DNA of 64,000 bases from Nitrospirota bacterium (GTDB lineage Bacteria; Nitrospirota; UBA9217). The stretch covers positions 640,001-704,000 of the forward strand of contig CAVUCU010000001.1 in assembly GCA_963740085.1 (NCBI GenBank). The letters run 5' to 3'. Of this stretch, positions 39,874-50,430 are shown piece after piece; within the stretch, counting starts at the first letter, position 1, and each line of letters opens with the position of its first letter. The translations under genes were made by a program, and so were the position numbers. The notes under the pieces were generated by a model. The model did not search any database. It had not been told where the DNA came from and saw only the letters and a list, made by a program, of their open reading frames with translations.

Positions 39874-41592
39874 TCAGCTCCGTTCCTTCAGCAGAGCGCC
39901 AATCGTGGTATCGGGTTTCTCCTGCTGGTTCATGTAATCCTTGAGGGTCGTCCGATCATTGTCACCATTCTGCGCTTTGTCCTTGTGCAGTGCCTTGACC
40001 GAAAGGGCGATCTTTCGCTCTCCCTTGTCAACTTTGATGACTCGGGCGGTCATCTCATCGCCTTCTTTGATCGCTGGAGCGTCCTTCATCGTCTCCGAAC
40101 TCGGGATCAGTCCTTCGATCCCGTGCTCAAGTTCAACAAATGCACCGAAGTCTGCTATTTTCGTCACCTTGACGGTTTCATCCTGACCGACCTTGTATCG
40201 CTCCGGGATCGCCTTGTCCCAGGGGTCAGGCGTCAGCTGCTTGAGCCCCAGCGAGATGCGTTCCTTTTGCTCGTCGATAGAAAGCACCACCGCCTTGGTC
40301 TTCTGTCCCTTTTTCAGCACCTCGGAAGGATGCTTGATGTGCCTGGTCCAGGACAGGTCGGATATGTGGATGAGCCCGTCGATTCCCTCCTCCAGGCCGA
40401 TGAAGGCCCCGAAATCAGTGATGGTCTTGACCTTTCCCTCGACCTCGGTTCCCACGGGATAGCGGTCATTGATACTATGCCAGGGGTTGGGTTCGATCTG
40501 CTTCATGCCGAGCGAAATCCTTTTGCCGGCGGGGTCCACAGCCAATACCTGTGTTTCAACGACATCACCGACGGCGACCACCTTCGAGGGGTGCTTCACC
40601 CGTTGTGTCCAGGACATCTCGGAAACATGGATCAGGCCTTCAACGCCGTGTTCCAGTTCGATGAATGCCCCGTAGTCGGTGAGGCTGACCACCTTTCCGC
40701 TCACCCTGCTGCCAACCGAATACTTCTGAGAGGCCGCAAGCCACGGGTCCTCTGTCTTCTGCTTGATGCCGAGCGAAACCTTCTGCTTTTCCCTGTCATA
40801 CTTCAGGACGACCACTTCTATCTTGTCGCCTACCTTCAAGATCTCGGACGGATGGCTGATCCTGCCCCAGGACATATCGGTTATGTGCAGCAGGCCGTCT
40901 ATGCCGCCGAGGTCCACAAAGGCGCCGTACTCCGTCACATTCTTGATCGTGCCGTTCACCACCTGACCCTCAACGAGAGTGGACAGCATTTCCGCCTTCT
41001 TCGCATTCAGCTGCTGCTCAAGGATGGCCCTGCGGGAGAGCACGATATTGCCCCGTCCTGAATTCATTTTAAGGATCTTCAGGTCAAGGACCTGCCCGAT
41101 CATCCTGTTCAGCTGGTGCACTGGCTTGGTGTCGATCTGTGAGCCTGGAAGGAATGCCTCCACCCCCCCGATATCGACGGTCAAACCGCCCTTGATCACC
41201 GAGATGACCGTCCCCTTCACCGGGGTGCCGGTCTGATGCGCCCGGTTCAGATCGTCCCAGACCTGCAGTTTTTTCGCCTTCTCCCGTGAGAGCATCAGGT
41301 TGCCGTTCGCGTCTTCCGCAGCCTCGAGCAGCACTTCAAGCTCGTCACCGGGTTTGAGGGCCTTCAATTCCTCCGGAGTGAACTGCTCCACGGGAATGAT
41401 GCCGTCGGATTTGTATCCGAGGTCCAGCATTACGAACCCGGACCGGACCTGCAATACCCGGCCCCGCACCACGGTCCCCGACTTGAAGCTTTTCAGCGAC
41501 TGGTTGTAGAGCTGCTCGAAATCGTTCTGCTGGTTCTCTTCATCCGCAGTATCGTTCTCTTCCTGCTCGATGTCTCCCTGACTCTCGTTCAT
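39874..41592 (-). CDS. rpsA: 30S ribosomal protein S1
   Basis: Six S1 repeats (YGAFVDL, DGLLHITDMSW). Confidence 0.96.
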   Translation of the reverse strand: MNESQGDIEQEENDTADEENQQNDFEQLYNQSLKSFKSGTVVRGRVLQVRSGFVMLDLGYKSDGIIPVEQFTPEELKALKPGDELEVLLEAAEDANGNLMLSREKAKKLQVWDDLNRAHQTGTPVKGTVISVIKGGLTVDIGGVEAFLPGSQIDTKPVHQLNRMIGQVLDLKILKMNSGRGNIVLSRRAILEQQLNAKKAEMLSTLVEGQVVNGTIKNVTEYGAFVDLGGIDGLLHITDMSWGRISHPSEILKVGDKIEVVVLKYDREKQKVSLGIKQKTEDPWLAASQKYSVGSRVSGKVVSLTDYGAFIELEHGVEGLIHVSEMSWTQRVKHPSKVVAVGDVVETQVLAVDPAGKRISLGMKQIEPNPWHSINDRYPVGTEVEGKVKTITDFGAFIGLEEGIDGLIHISDLSWTRHIKHPSEVLKKGQKTKAVVLSIDEQKERISLGLKQLTPDPWDKAIPERYKVGQDETVKVTKIADFGAFVELEHGIEGLIPSSETMKDAPAIKEGDEMTARVIKVDKGERKIALSVKALHKDKAQNGDNDRTTLKDYMNQQEKPDTTIGALLKERS

Positions 41593-41638
41593 TACAATAC
41601 CTTACCTCCCGAAAATGTATGGTCGGCGTACAATTCTA

Positions 41639-42478
41639 TCAACCGACCTTCCCGCTCTTTAATCTTTCCAGCACACTTTCCAGCACCCAGTCAGGCGTGG
41701 ACGCCCCGGCAGTGACTCCTACCCTGGTTGCGCCTGTCAGCCAGTCGGGCCGGATCTCGTCAGCCACCTCGATATGGTAGGTCGGTTTTCCTTCCTGTTT
41801 GCATACGGAAACCAGCCTGCTCGTGTTGGCGCTGTTTCGTCCGCCCACCACCAGCATGACATCAACCTGCCCGGCAAGAACACGCGCGGCATCCTGGCGT
41901 TCCTTTGTCGAATGGCAAATCGTGTTAAAGACCTTTAATTCTTTGGAAAGACGCAATAACTTTAACACAATTTCCGAAAAATTGCTATACGATTGCGTTG
42001 TCTGTGCGACAACACCCAGTCTGTTCTGAAATTTCTGGTTTTCCACATCCTCCGCCGTCTCCACCACTACCGCGTTGTCACCGGCATGGCCGAGAATACT
42101 CTGTACCTCGGGATGCTTCTTCTCTCCGATGACGATCACCTGATAGCCATCCTTCTGAAGCGACTCGGCATCGCGCTGTGCCTTACCCACGAAGGGGCAG
42201 GTGAGATCAATGATCTGAAGCCCTTTGTCCTTGGCCTCAGCAAGCACCGCAGGCGGCACCCCGTGCGAGCGGATGATGAGAAAATCCCCGGGGTCGAGCG
42301 ATGAAAGATCCTCGACCGTCTTCACCCCCGCCTCATGCAACCGTTCGATCTCCTGGGGATTATGGATCAGCGGCCCGAGACAATACACCTTGCCGTTTCC
42401 TGCGGCCTTGAACGCGGTATTGATCGCCCGTTTCACGCCGAAGCAGAACCCTGCTTTGTCAGCCAGAAATATTTCCAT
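41639..42478 (-). CDS. ispH: 4-hydroxy-3-methylbut-2-enyl diphosphate reductase
   Basis: AGFCFGVKRA, IHN, SHG, TCPFV, QTT, TICHST..RQ, SANT, TAGASTP. Confidence 0.95.
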   Translation of the reverse strand: MEIFLADKAGFCFGVKRAINTAFKAAGNGKVYCLGPLIHNPQEIERLHEAGVKTVEDLSSLDPGDFLIIRSHGVPPAVLAEAKDKGLQIIDLTCPFVGKAQRDAESLQKDGYQVIVIGEKKHPEVQSILGHAGDNAVVVETAEDVENQKFQNRLGVVAQTTQSYSNFSEIVLKLLRLSKELKVFNTICHSTKERQDAARVLAGQVDVMLVVGGRNSANTSRLVSVCKQEGKPTYHIEVADEIRPDWLTGATRVGVTAGASTPDWVLESVLERLKSGKVG

Positions 42479-42598
42479 AATCTCCAACGCAATAACCAAT
42501 AATCAAATATTGATGTACTCGTATAAATCAAGATTTGCCAAGGCATTTCTCTGAGCCTTTTGTGACTTTTGTGGCTAATAAAGACTTTTACGAGCTCA

Positions 42599-43276
42599 TC
42601 AATTCTTCACTTTCCCGATTTCAGCCAGCATCCTGTCGACAACCTGGTCGATGCTCAGAAGACTGGAATCGATCAGAAGCGCATCATCGGACTTTCTGAG
42701 CGGCGCGATCGAACGTCCGCTGTCCTGATGATCACGGTCTTTGATCTCCTGGGTGATCTTCGCGAGATCCACGTCCATGCCCTTTCCCTTCAGTTCACGG
42801 TAACGGCGCTTCCCCCGTTCCTCCGCGCCCGCCTCCAGAAAAAACTTCCGATCGGCGTCGGGGAACACGACGGTGCCGATGTCCCTGCCGTCCATCACCA
42901 CGCCGCCGTTTTTGCCGAGTTCCCGCTGCAGCGTAAGGAGCCGTGCGCGGACCGCGGGTGATTTCGAAACAGCGGACGCCATCATCCCCATCTCGGGTGT
43001 GCGGATCTCGTCGGTCACGTCAATGCCGTCCACATAGAACCGCGGATCGCTGTTGTCTTTCTTGATCGTCACCTCGGTGCGCCCGCACAGGTCCGCCATC
43101 ACATTCGCATCAGCCGGATCGAGCCGCTCTTTCTGCGCCTTCCATCCAATGGAGCGGTACATTGCACCGGTGTCGATATAGATGTAGCCAAGTCGCCTGG
43201 CCAATATCCGGGCAACCGTGCTCTTACCCGCCCCCGACGGTCCATCGATCGCTATCACCAGACCTTTTTCTTTCAT
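42599..43276 (-). CDS. cmk: Cytidylate kinase
   Basis: IAIDGPSGAGKST, DTGAMYR, DGRDIGTVVFPDA. Confidence 0.96.
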   Translation of the reverse strand: MKEKGLVIAIDGPSGAGKSTVARILARRLGYIYIDTGAMYRSIGWKAQKERLDPADANVMADLCGRTEVTIKKDNSDPRFYVDGIDVTDEIRTPEMGMMASAVSKSPAVRARLLTLQRELGKNGGVVMDGRDIGTVVFPDADRKFFLEAGAEERGKRRYRELKGKGMDVDLAKITQEIKDRDHQDSGRSIAPLRKSDDALLIDSSLLSIDQVVDRMLAEIGKVKN

Positions 43277-43307
43277 AACTTGATTATAACCGTACAGAAG
43301 AGAATGT

Positions 43308-44640
<1,333 letters not shown>

Positions 44641-44643
44641 GAA

Positions 44644-45504
44644 CTATCCCAACTCTCTTCTGCGTCCGCTCGCTGCATGGAACAAGGCATCAAGCTTGTC
44701 CGCATCCTGGCTTTCGATCGCCTTCTTTATGCTGCTGAGCGCGGACTGATACCGTTCGATCATTTCAATGATATTTTCCCCGTTCAGCAGGCAGACATCC
44801 CTCCACATTTCCGGGGAGCTCGCCGCGATCCTGGTGAAATCACGGAATCCGGCGCCTGAAAAACTCATGTAGTTCTCGGGACCTGCATTGAATTCAGCGA
44901 CCGTATTCACCATGGCAAATGCCGCCGCATGCGGGAGATGGCTCACCGCGGCAAAAATATGGTCGTGAGCGTCCGCATCCATCAACACCACGTTCGCGCC
45001 GGCAGCCGACCAGAGCGCTTTCACCGCTTCCAGCGCCTGCGGGTCTGTCTTTGCCGTCGGAGTAAGGATGCATTTCGCGCCTCGAAACAGTGTCTCGGTC
45101 GCCTCGGCCACGCCGTGCTTTTCCTTGCCCGCAATAGGATGGCCGGGAACATAGTGAACGCCGGCAGGAAGCATTGCCTCGATCCGTTTGACCAGCGCTC
45201 CCTTGACACTGCCCACATCAGTGAGGATCGCGCCCTGTTTCAATCCGGATCCGATCACGGCGAGGATATGCTCGAATGCGCCGACCGGAGAAGCGAGGAC
45301 CACCAGATCCGCGTCCTCAACGGACCGTAACAGGACCTGATCCATGCGGTCGATCACGCCGAGTTTAAGCGCCAGATCGAGCGTCTCCCTGCTTCTGCCC
45401 GCGCCTACGATTTGGCCCGCAAGCCCCTTGGTTTTCAGAACCTTCCCAAGCGAACCGCCGACCAGGCCGACGCCGATGATGGTGGCTTTATTGAAGTGAA
45501 TCAT
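44644..45504 (-). CDS. tyrA: Prephenate/arogenate dehydrogenase
   Basis: GVGLVGGS, DVGSVK, GHPIAG, SHLPH, FRDFTRIA. Confidence 0.93.
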   Translation of the reverse strand: MIHFNKATIIGVGLVGGSLGKVLKTKGLAGQIVGAGRSRETLDLALKLGVIDRMDQVLLRSVEDADLVVLASPVGAFEHILAVIGSGLKQGAILTDVGSVKGALVKRIEAMLPAGVHYVPGHPIAGKEKHGVAEATETLFRGAKCILTPTAKTDPQALEAVKALWSAAGANVVLMDADAHDHIFAAVSHLPHAAAFAMVNTVAEFNAGPENYMSFSGAGFRDFTRIAASSPEMWRDVCLLNGENIIEMIERYQSALSSIKKAIESQDADKLDALFHAASGRRRELG

Positions 45505-45539
45505 ACTCTTTAGAAAATCCGATGCACAAAAACCCTACA

Positions 45540-45632
45540 CCCTAATAATATCTAATTACCAAAATTCAAAAATCGTTTAATCGATTGAACTTCGGATGTA
45601 TTTAGTATTTAGATATTAGAATTTCGGATTTG
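45540..45632. repeat. AT-rich degenerate short-period inverted repeat in the aroF-tyrA spacer
   Basis: CTAATAATATCTAA... versus ...TTAGTATTTAGATATTAGAATTTCGGATTTG. Confidence 0.55.
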
Positions 45633-45639
45633 TCTCTCT

Positions 45640-46653
45640 TTATATTTCCCTTCCCACAGCCTTCGCGATCAGCCTCAACTCGTCCATCAGCACCTTGAAA
45701 CTTTTCGGTTTGAGGGATTGTTCTCCGTCGCAGAGAGCCTCCTCGGGATTGGAATGCACTTCGATGATGAGGCCGTCCGCTCCCGCGGCGACAGCCGCCT
45801 TTGCCATGGGTGCTACCAGGTCCCATTTTCCGACCGCGTGGCTCGGGTCGACAATGACCGGCAGATGCGTCATCTGCTTCAGCACGGGCACGGCGGAAAG
45901 ATCGAGTGTGTTCCGCGTCGCCGTCTCGTAGGTGCGGATGCCGCGCTCGCACAGGATCACCTGATGATTGCCGCCGGCCATGATATATTCGGCGGACATA
46001 AGCCATTCCTTGATCGTGGCGGAGATGCCGCGCTTCAGGAGCACCGGTTTCTTGCACATCCCCACTTCCTTGAGCAGCCTGAAGTTCTGCATGTTCCGGG
46101 CGCCGATCTGGAGCACGTCGGCGTACCTGGCGATCATCTCGATGTCCCGGGGATCCATCACCTCGGTCACAATGGGAAGTCCGGTCCGCTCGCGCGCCTC
46201 GGCAAGATATCTGAGCCCTTCTTCTTCCAGTCCCTGAAATGCGTACGGCGAGGTCCGCGGCTTGAACGCACCGCCGCGAATGAACGTGGCACCGGAGTTC
46301 TTCACCTCTTGTGAGATCTCGATGAGCAGCGTTTTATTCTCAACGGCACAGGGACCTGCCATGACGACGACACGCTTGCCGCCGATCTCCTGCCCGCCGA
46401 CGCTGATGACGGTCTTCTCTCTCCGGAACTCCCAGCTCGCCAGCTTAAACGGTTTCAGGATCGGGAGCACCTTCTCAACACCCGGGATGGCCTCGAGCGG
46501 CATGCTCTGAAGGATCGCCTCGTCGCCGATGGCACCGATGATCGTCCTTTCCGTGCCCTTTGAAACATGGGCCTGAAGGCCGTGGTCCTTGATCTTTTTT
46601 ATAATGTGATCTATCTGTTCAAGAGTCGCATCTGGTTTTACGACGATGATCAT
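45640..46653 (-). CDS. aroF: DAHP synthase (type I-beta with N-terminal regulatory domain)
   Basis: [39 protein letters not shown]. Confidence 0.94.
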   Translation of the reverse strand: MIIVVKPDATLEQIDHIIKKIKDHGLQAHVSKGTERTIIGAIGDEAILQSMPLEAIPGVEKVLPILKPFKLASWEFRREKTVISVGGQEIGGKRVVVMAGPCAVENKTLLIEISQEVKNSGATFIRGGAFKPRTSPYAFQGLEEEGLRYLAEARERTGLPIVTEVMDPRDIEMIARYADVLQIGARNMQNFRLLKEVGMCKKPVLLKRGISATIKEWLMSAEYIMAGGNHQVILCERGIRTYETATRNTLDLSAVPVLKQMTHLPVIVDPSHAVGKWDLVAPMAKAAVAAGADGLIIEVHSNPEEALCDGEQSLKPKSFKVLMDELRLIAKAVGREI

Positions 46654-46671
46654 GGTGATCCTTTCCTGAAA

Positions 46672-46780
46672 CAAATCCTAAGCACGAATATCTAAACTCT
46701 AAACAACGCTGAATTCCAAAGGACAAATCCTTTATTTTGATATTCGAAATTGTCTAGGATTTCGCGTTCGAGTTTGGAAT
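46672..46780. repeat. Degenerate heptamer inverted repeat in the hisC-aroF spacer
   Basis: AAATCCTAAGCACGAATATCTAAACTC... versus ...GATATTCG..TAGGATTT..GAGTTTGGAATTT. Confidence 0.55.
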
Positions 46781-47857
46781 TTACCCTTTAACGACCTTCT
46801 CCAACTCGCCCACGAAGCGCTTGTTTTCTTCCGGCAGCCCGATCGTGACGCGGAGCCAGTTGCCGCCCATGGGCCGGATGATCACACCTTGCTTAAGGAG
46901 CGCGGCATAGAGCTCCCTGCCGTCGAGGCGGGTCTCGAACATGATAAAATTGGCTTCCGTGTGGATGTACGATATGCCGAGCCGTTGGAAGGCCTGATAC
47001 AGGATCTGCTTGCCTTCGTTGTTGACCGCGATCGACTTCTCGACATGTTTCCGGTCAGCAAGCGCCGCCAGGGCTCCGATCTGGGCCAGCGAGTTCGTGT
47101 TGAACGGCTGCCGCACCTTGTTCATCAGCTCCGCGATCTCCGGTGTCGTGATGCCGTAACCGATGCGAAGTCCGGCAAGACCATAGATCTTCGAAAACGT
47201 CCGCAGCGACAGGACGTTCTTTCCCGCCTTAAGGTGAACCAGAGAATCAGGATAATCAGCATGAGTAACATATTCGAAGTACGCTTCATCCAGCGCAACG
47301 ATCACCTGGTCCGGAATCCGGTCCATGAACCGGTCCATCTCCGCCTTCGTGTTCATGGTGCCGGTAGGGTTGTTCGGGTTGGCAATAAAAATGATCCTGG
47401 TCTTCGGTGTGATCCGCCCTGCCATGGCATCGAGGTCATGCCGCATATCCCTGCAGGGGACGATGATGTTCGTTCCGCCCCCCGCCTGGGTGATCATCTT
47501 GTACACAACAAAGGACGGATCAGCCGAAATGATCTCGTCCCCCGGCTGAACGAACGTGCGCACCACGAGCTCAATGAGTTCATTCGAGCCGTTGCCCAGG
47601 ATGATCTGGTTGAGGTCCACCCCGTACTTCCGCGCAAGCGCCTGGGAAAGGTAAAATCCACTGCCGTCGGGATACCGGTTCAAACCTTCAACGGCTTTTT
47701 TGATCGCCGCAATCGCTTTTGGCGAGGGTCCGAGGGGGTTCTCGTTCGAAGCCAGTTTGATGCTGCCGCTGATCCCCAACTCGCGCTCCAGTTCCTCGAT
47801 CGGCTTTCCCGGAACGTAGGGGGAGATGCTGCTGATGTTTTCTGAGACTGCGATCAT
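46781..47857 (-). CDS. hisC: Histidinol-phosphate aminotransferase
   Basis: KLASNENP, GNGSNE, NPNNPTG, DEAY, RTFSKIYGLAGLRIG. Confidence 0.94.
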   Translation of the reverse strand: MIAVSENISSISPYVPGKPIEELERELGISGSIKLASNENPLGPSPKAIAAIKKAVEGLNRYPDGSGFYLSQALARKYGVDLNQIILGNGSNELIELVVRTFVQPGDEIISADPSFVVYKMITQAGGGTNIIVPCRDMRHDLDAMAGRITPKTRIIFIANPNNPTGTMNTKAEMDRFMDRIPDQVIVALDEAYFEYVTHADYPDSLVHLKAGKNVLSLRTFSKIYGLAGLRIGYGITTPEIAELMNKVRQPFNTNSLAQIGALAALADRKHVEKSIAVNNEGKQILYQAFQRLGISYIHTEANFIMFETRLDGRELYAALLKQGVIIRPMGGNWLRVTIGLPEENKRFVGELEKVVKG

Positions 47858-47914
47858 CGCTTTACTCCGTTTAACGAAAGAATTAAATTCTACCCAGAAT
47901 GGAAACAAGATTCA

Positions 47915-48085
47915 GCCACGAAGGCTCCAAGAAACAAAGAAAACATGAAGCATTAAGGACTGAATAAATCGCGAATCTCTTTATGAATTTCTTCGTGCCT
48001 TCGTGTCTTTGTGGCATATTTGGATCCGGTTTTTCCGGGTTAGGTTTTATTCTGCAATCCGAATTCTGCAATCCGCATTTGCAAT
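47915..48085. repeat. Octamer inverted repeat plus heptamer tandem repeat in the pheA-hisC spacer
   Basis: GCCACGAAGGCTCCAAGAAACAAAG versus CTTCGTGCCTTCGTGTCTTTGTGGC; then ATTCTGC-AATCCGA-ATTCTGC-AATCCGC. Confidence 0.7.
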
Positions 48086-49158
48086 CATCCGCTTTTCGGA
48101 TACGAACCCAGCACCTTCAGGAACATGCAGTCTTGCCGCAAGCGTTCGATGGCCGCCGCGACCTTTGCGTCCTCGATATGGCCTTCCATGTCAAGAAAGA
48201 ACACGTAATCCCAGACCTTCCGTCCTGATGGCCGGGCATCCAGCCTGTTCAGGTTGATGCCGCTTTCTGCAAAGGGCGCAAGCATGGTGTAGAGCGCTCC
48301 CACCTTGTCCTTGATGGAGAACATGATCGAGGTCTTGTCACGGCCTGTTTTCCCCGGAGATTTCGGGGCTATGACCAGGAAACGTGTGATATTACTGGTG
48401 CTGTCCTCGATCTTTTTCCCCGCGATCTGAAGCCCATACAGAACCGCCGCCATCTCGCTCGCGATCGCCCCGACTGTCGGATCGTCCGAAGCCATTTCCG
48501 CGGCCCTCGCTGTGCTCGGCGCGTCCAGGATCGGCACGCCGGACAGGTTTTTTTCGAGCCACTGCCTGCATTGTGCCGCCGCGGGCGCGATCGTATAGAT
48601 CTTTTGTATGTCCTCGAGCTTGCCCGTCTTGTTCAAAAGATGCTGTGACACTTCGAGCATGATCTCGGCAGATATCTTGAGGTCCGAGTCGATGAACATG
48701 TCGAGGGTATAGATCACCGCGCCTGACGCGGAATTTTCAATGGGCACCACGCCGTAGTCCGCCCGGCCGCGCTCCACCTCATTGAACACGTCCTTGATGC
48801 TTTCCACGGGTACGTACTGCGCGGCGAGACCGAACTGCTGCATTCCGGCCATGTGCGTAAACGTGGCGCGGGGGCCAAGATATGCTACTTTGAGCGGACG
48901 CTCGAGCGACAGGGATGAAGAAAGGATCTCGCGATACACCGCCCGCAAGGTGTCCTGAGGGAACGGCCCCTTGTTGCGCGCAGTGAGGCGTTCGAGGATC
49001 TCCTGCTCCCGTGACGGAGAATGGAAATCGAGCTTCTCGGCTTTTTTTATGTCACCAACCTCGATGACATATCGGGCGCGTTTATTGAGCATATCGACCA
49101 GTTTTTCGTCGATCTCGTCTATCTTCTTACGAAGGTCTTGTATTTTCTGTTTAGACAT
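48085..49158 (-). CDS. pheA: Chorismate mutase / prephenate dehydratase (P-protein)
   Basis: AroQ N-terminus (LRKKIDEID), VAYLGP, VPIENS, NITRFLVI, ACT domain, LGSYP. Confidence 0.93.
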   Translation of the reverse strand: MSKQKIQDLRKKIDEIDEKLVDMLNKRARYVIEVGDIKKAEKLDFHSPSREQEILERLTARNKGPFPQDTLRAVYREILSSSLSLERPLKVAYLGPRATFTHMAGMQQFGLAAQYVPVESIKDVFNEVERGRADYGVVPIENSASGAVIYTLDMFIDSDLKISAEIMLEVSQHLLNKTGKLEDIQKIYTIAPAAAQCRQWLEKNLSGVPILDAPSTARAAEMASDDPTVGAIASEMAAVLYGLQIAGKKIEDSTSNITRFLVIAPKSPGKTGRDKTSIMFSIKDKVGALYTMLAPFAESGINLNRLDARPSGRKVWDYVFFLDMEGHIEDAKVAAAIERLRQDCMFLKVLGSYPKSG

Positions 49159-49193
49159 AAGCGGTTAAAAACCTGCCTGACGGGGATTTGCGA

Positions 49194-49222
49194 ATTATAG
49201 TTTATTTTTTAAGCAGTTGCAA
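49194..49222 (-). promoter_or_regulatory. Sigma-70 promoter of the pheA operon
   Basis: Minus strand TTGCAA-17 nt-TATAAT. Confidence 0.65.
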
Positions 49223-49287
49223 GGACTTTTTGGGCCGGGGGCTCATGCAATGTTTCGTCATTTACTTTTATCCCATTTTGAGGAATA

Positions 49288-50355
49288 ATGAAATCCTGGA
49301 AATTCATCATGGACATCACACTCTTAAACGACATCAAATTCAACTGCGACGTCTCCGATGCTCAGTTTTGGGGATATTTCTCGGTCTGCGGACTCTTGAT
49401 GCGGTATCGCGACCTCTTTCGGTCCGAGAAAGGCCTGAAACCGTGGGCCGAGATCAACCGTGAAGAGATCATGTCCTGGATCTCCAGCAAGGAATCGCGC
49501 TGGCCGGAACTGGAGGAGCAGGGTTTCCGAAACCTGACGATCGGGGAGAATACCTATGGGCCATTCGATGTCGTCGAAATCAATCATGCCCTGAAAGATC
49601 AAGCTCTTATTTACGGCGCAGGCTACGGCATGTATATGAAACCCACCTTCTTTCTTGCGGAACTCCGTTCCCTTTGCAAGATCTCCGATTTGACCGTGTA
49701 TACCTCGGGTGCCGAATTCATCCGGGACCTCTTTACCGCGCCCGGCATGCTCCAGGAAAGAAGCATCTATCTTCGGCTTGAGCCGCTCACGATGCTGCTC
49801 CTGTACAAGGCATCTGAACTGAACGCGAGGAACGCTTCGCCGCTTGATGATGCCTTTGCACAGTACGGCTTGCAACACCGGCAGATCCTCGATGAGACAT
49901 TCGAAAAGAAGCTTGGGGAGATGGCGGAACGGTATTCTGAAATACTGCTCTGTCATGAGATCGCGGAGGCGCGGGAAGAAGTACCCGATTGGAAAGAACT
50001 TCTTTCCCGGGCCGGAGACCGGAAAGTGGAGCTTTATTTGCGAGCAATCAAAGATCTGATCGCCGACACCTCGGACCACGGCCCTTACAAGAGGCTCGTC
50101 GACACAGAAGACCGAGGTGCGCTCAGTCTCACGATAGCGCTCATGGAGGGATATCGGAGGGTCATCTACCCGGAGATGCAAAAAGCCTACAATGAATTTT
50201 CCCGGAACAGGGATTGGTCGGTAATCGAACGATCACGTCGGGGCGGATACGAACGCTTCCGATCGCAAAGAGACGCCGTGGTGGATCTCTATCATATCAG
50301 CGGCGGAAAAGATGATTTTACCCGGAAGATCAGGGAACTTATCGAGACCACCTGA
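49288..50355 (+). CDS. Conserved hypothetical protein (Sfum_1244-like family)
   Basis: NCDVSDA..G.FSVCGLLMR.RD, YGAGYG...KPTFFLAEL, HEIAE. Confidence 0.7.
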   Translation: MKSWKFIMDITLLNDIKFNCDVSDAQFWGYFSVCGLLMRYRDLFRSEKGLKPWAEINREEIMSWISSKESRWPELEEQGFRNLTIGENTYGPFDVVEINHALKDQALIYGAGYGMYMKPTFFLAELRSLCKISDLTVYTSGAEFIRDLFTAPGMLQERSIYLRLEPLTMLLLYKASELNARNASPLDDAFAQYGLQHRQILDETFEKKLGEMAERYSEILLCHEIAEAREEVPDWKELLSRAGDRKVELYLRAIKDLIADTSDHGPYKRLVDTEDRGALSLTIALMEGYRRVIYPEMQKAYNEFSRNRDWSVIERSRRGGYERFRSQRDAVVDLYHISGGKDDFTRKIRELIETT

Positions 50356-50430
50356 CGCGGACAAACGGAACTAAGCAGGAATTTTAGAGACGAGCTTAAA
50401 GTTTTTATCTGGCTGCACACAACCCACCGC

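Noticed and set aside
39721-41061. 446 aa plus-strand ORF, and similar long antisense ORFs at 46889-47845, 50521-51531 and 19232-20107
   Set aside because: They are shadows of well-supported genes on the opposite strand (rpsA, hisC, GGDEF/EAL, kinase) and carry no recognisable motifs.
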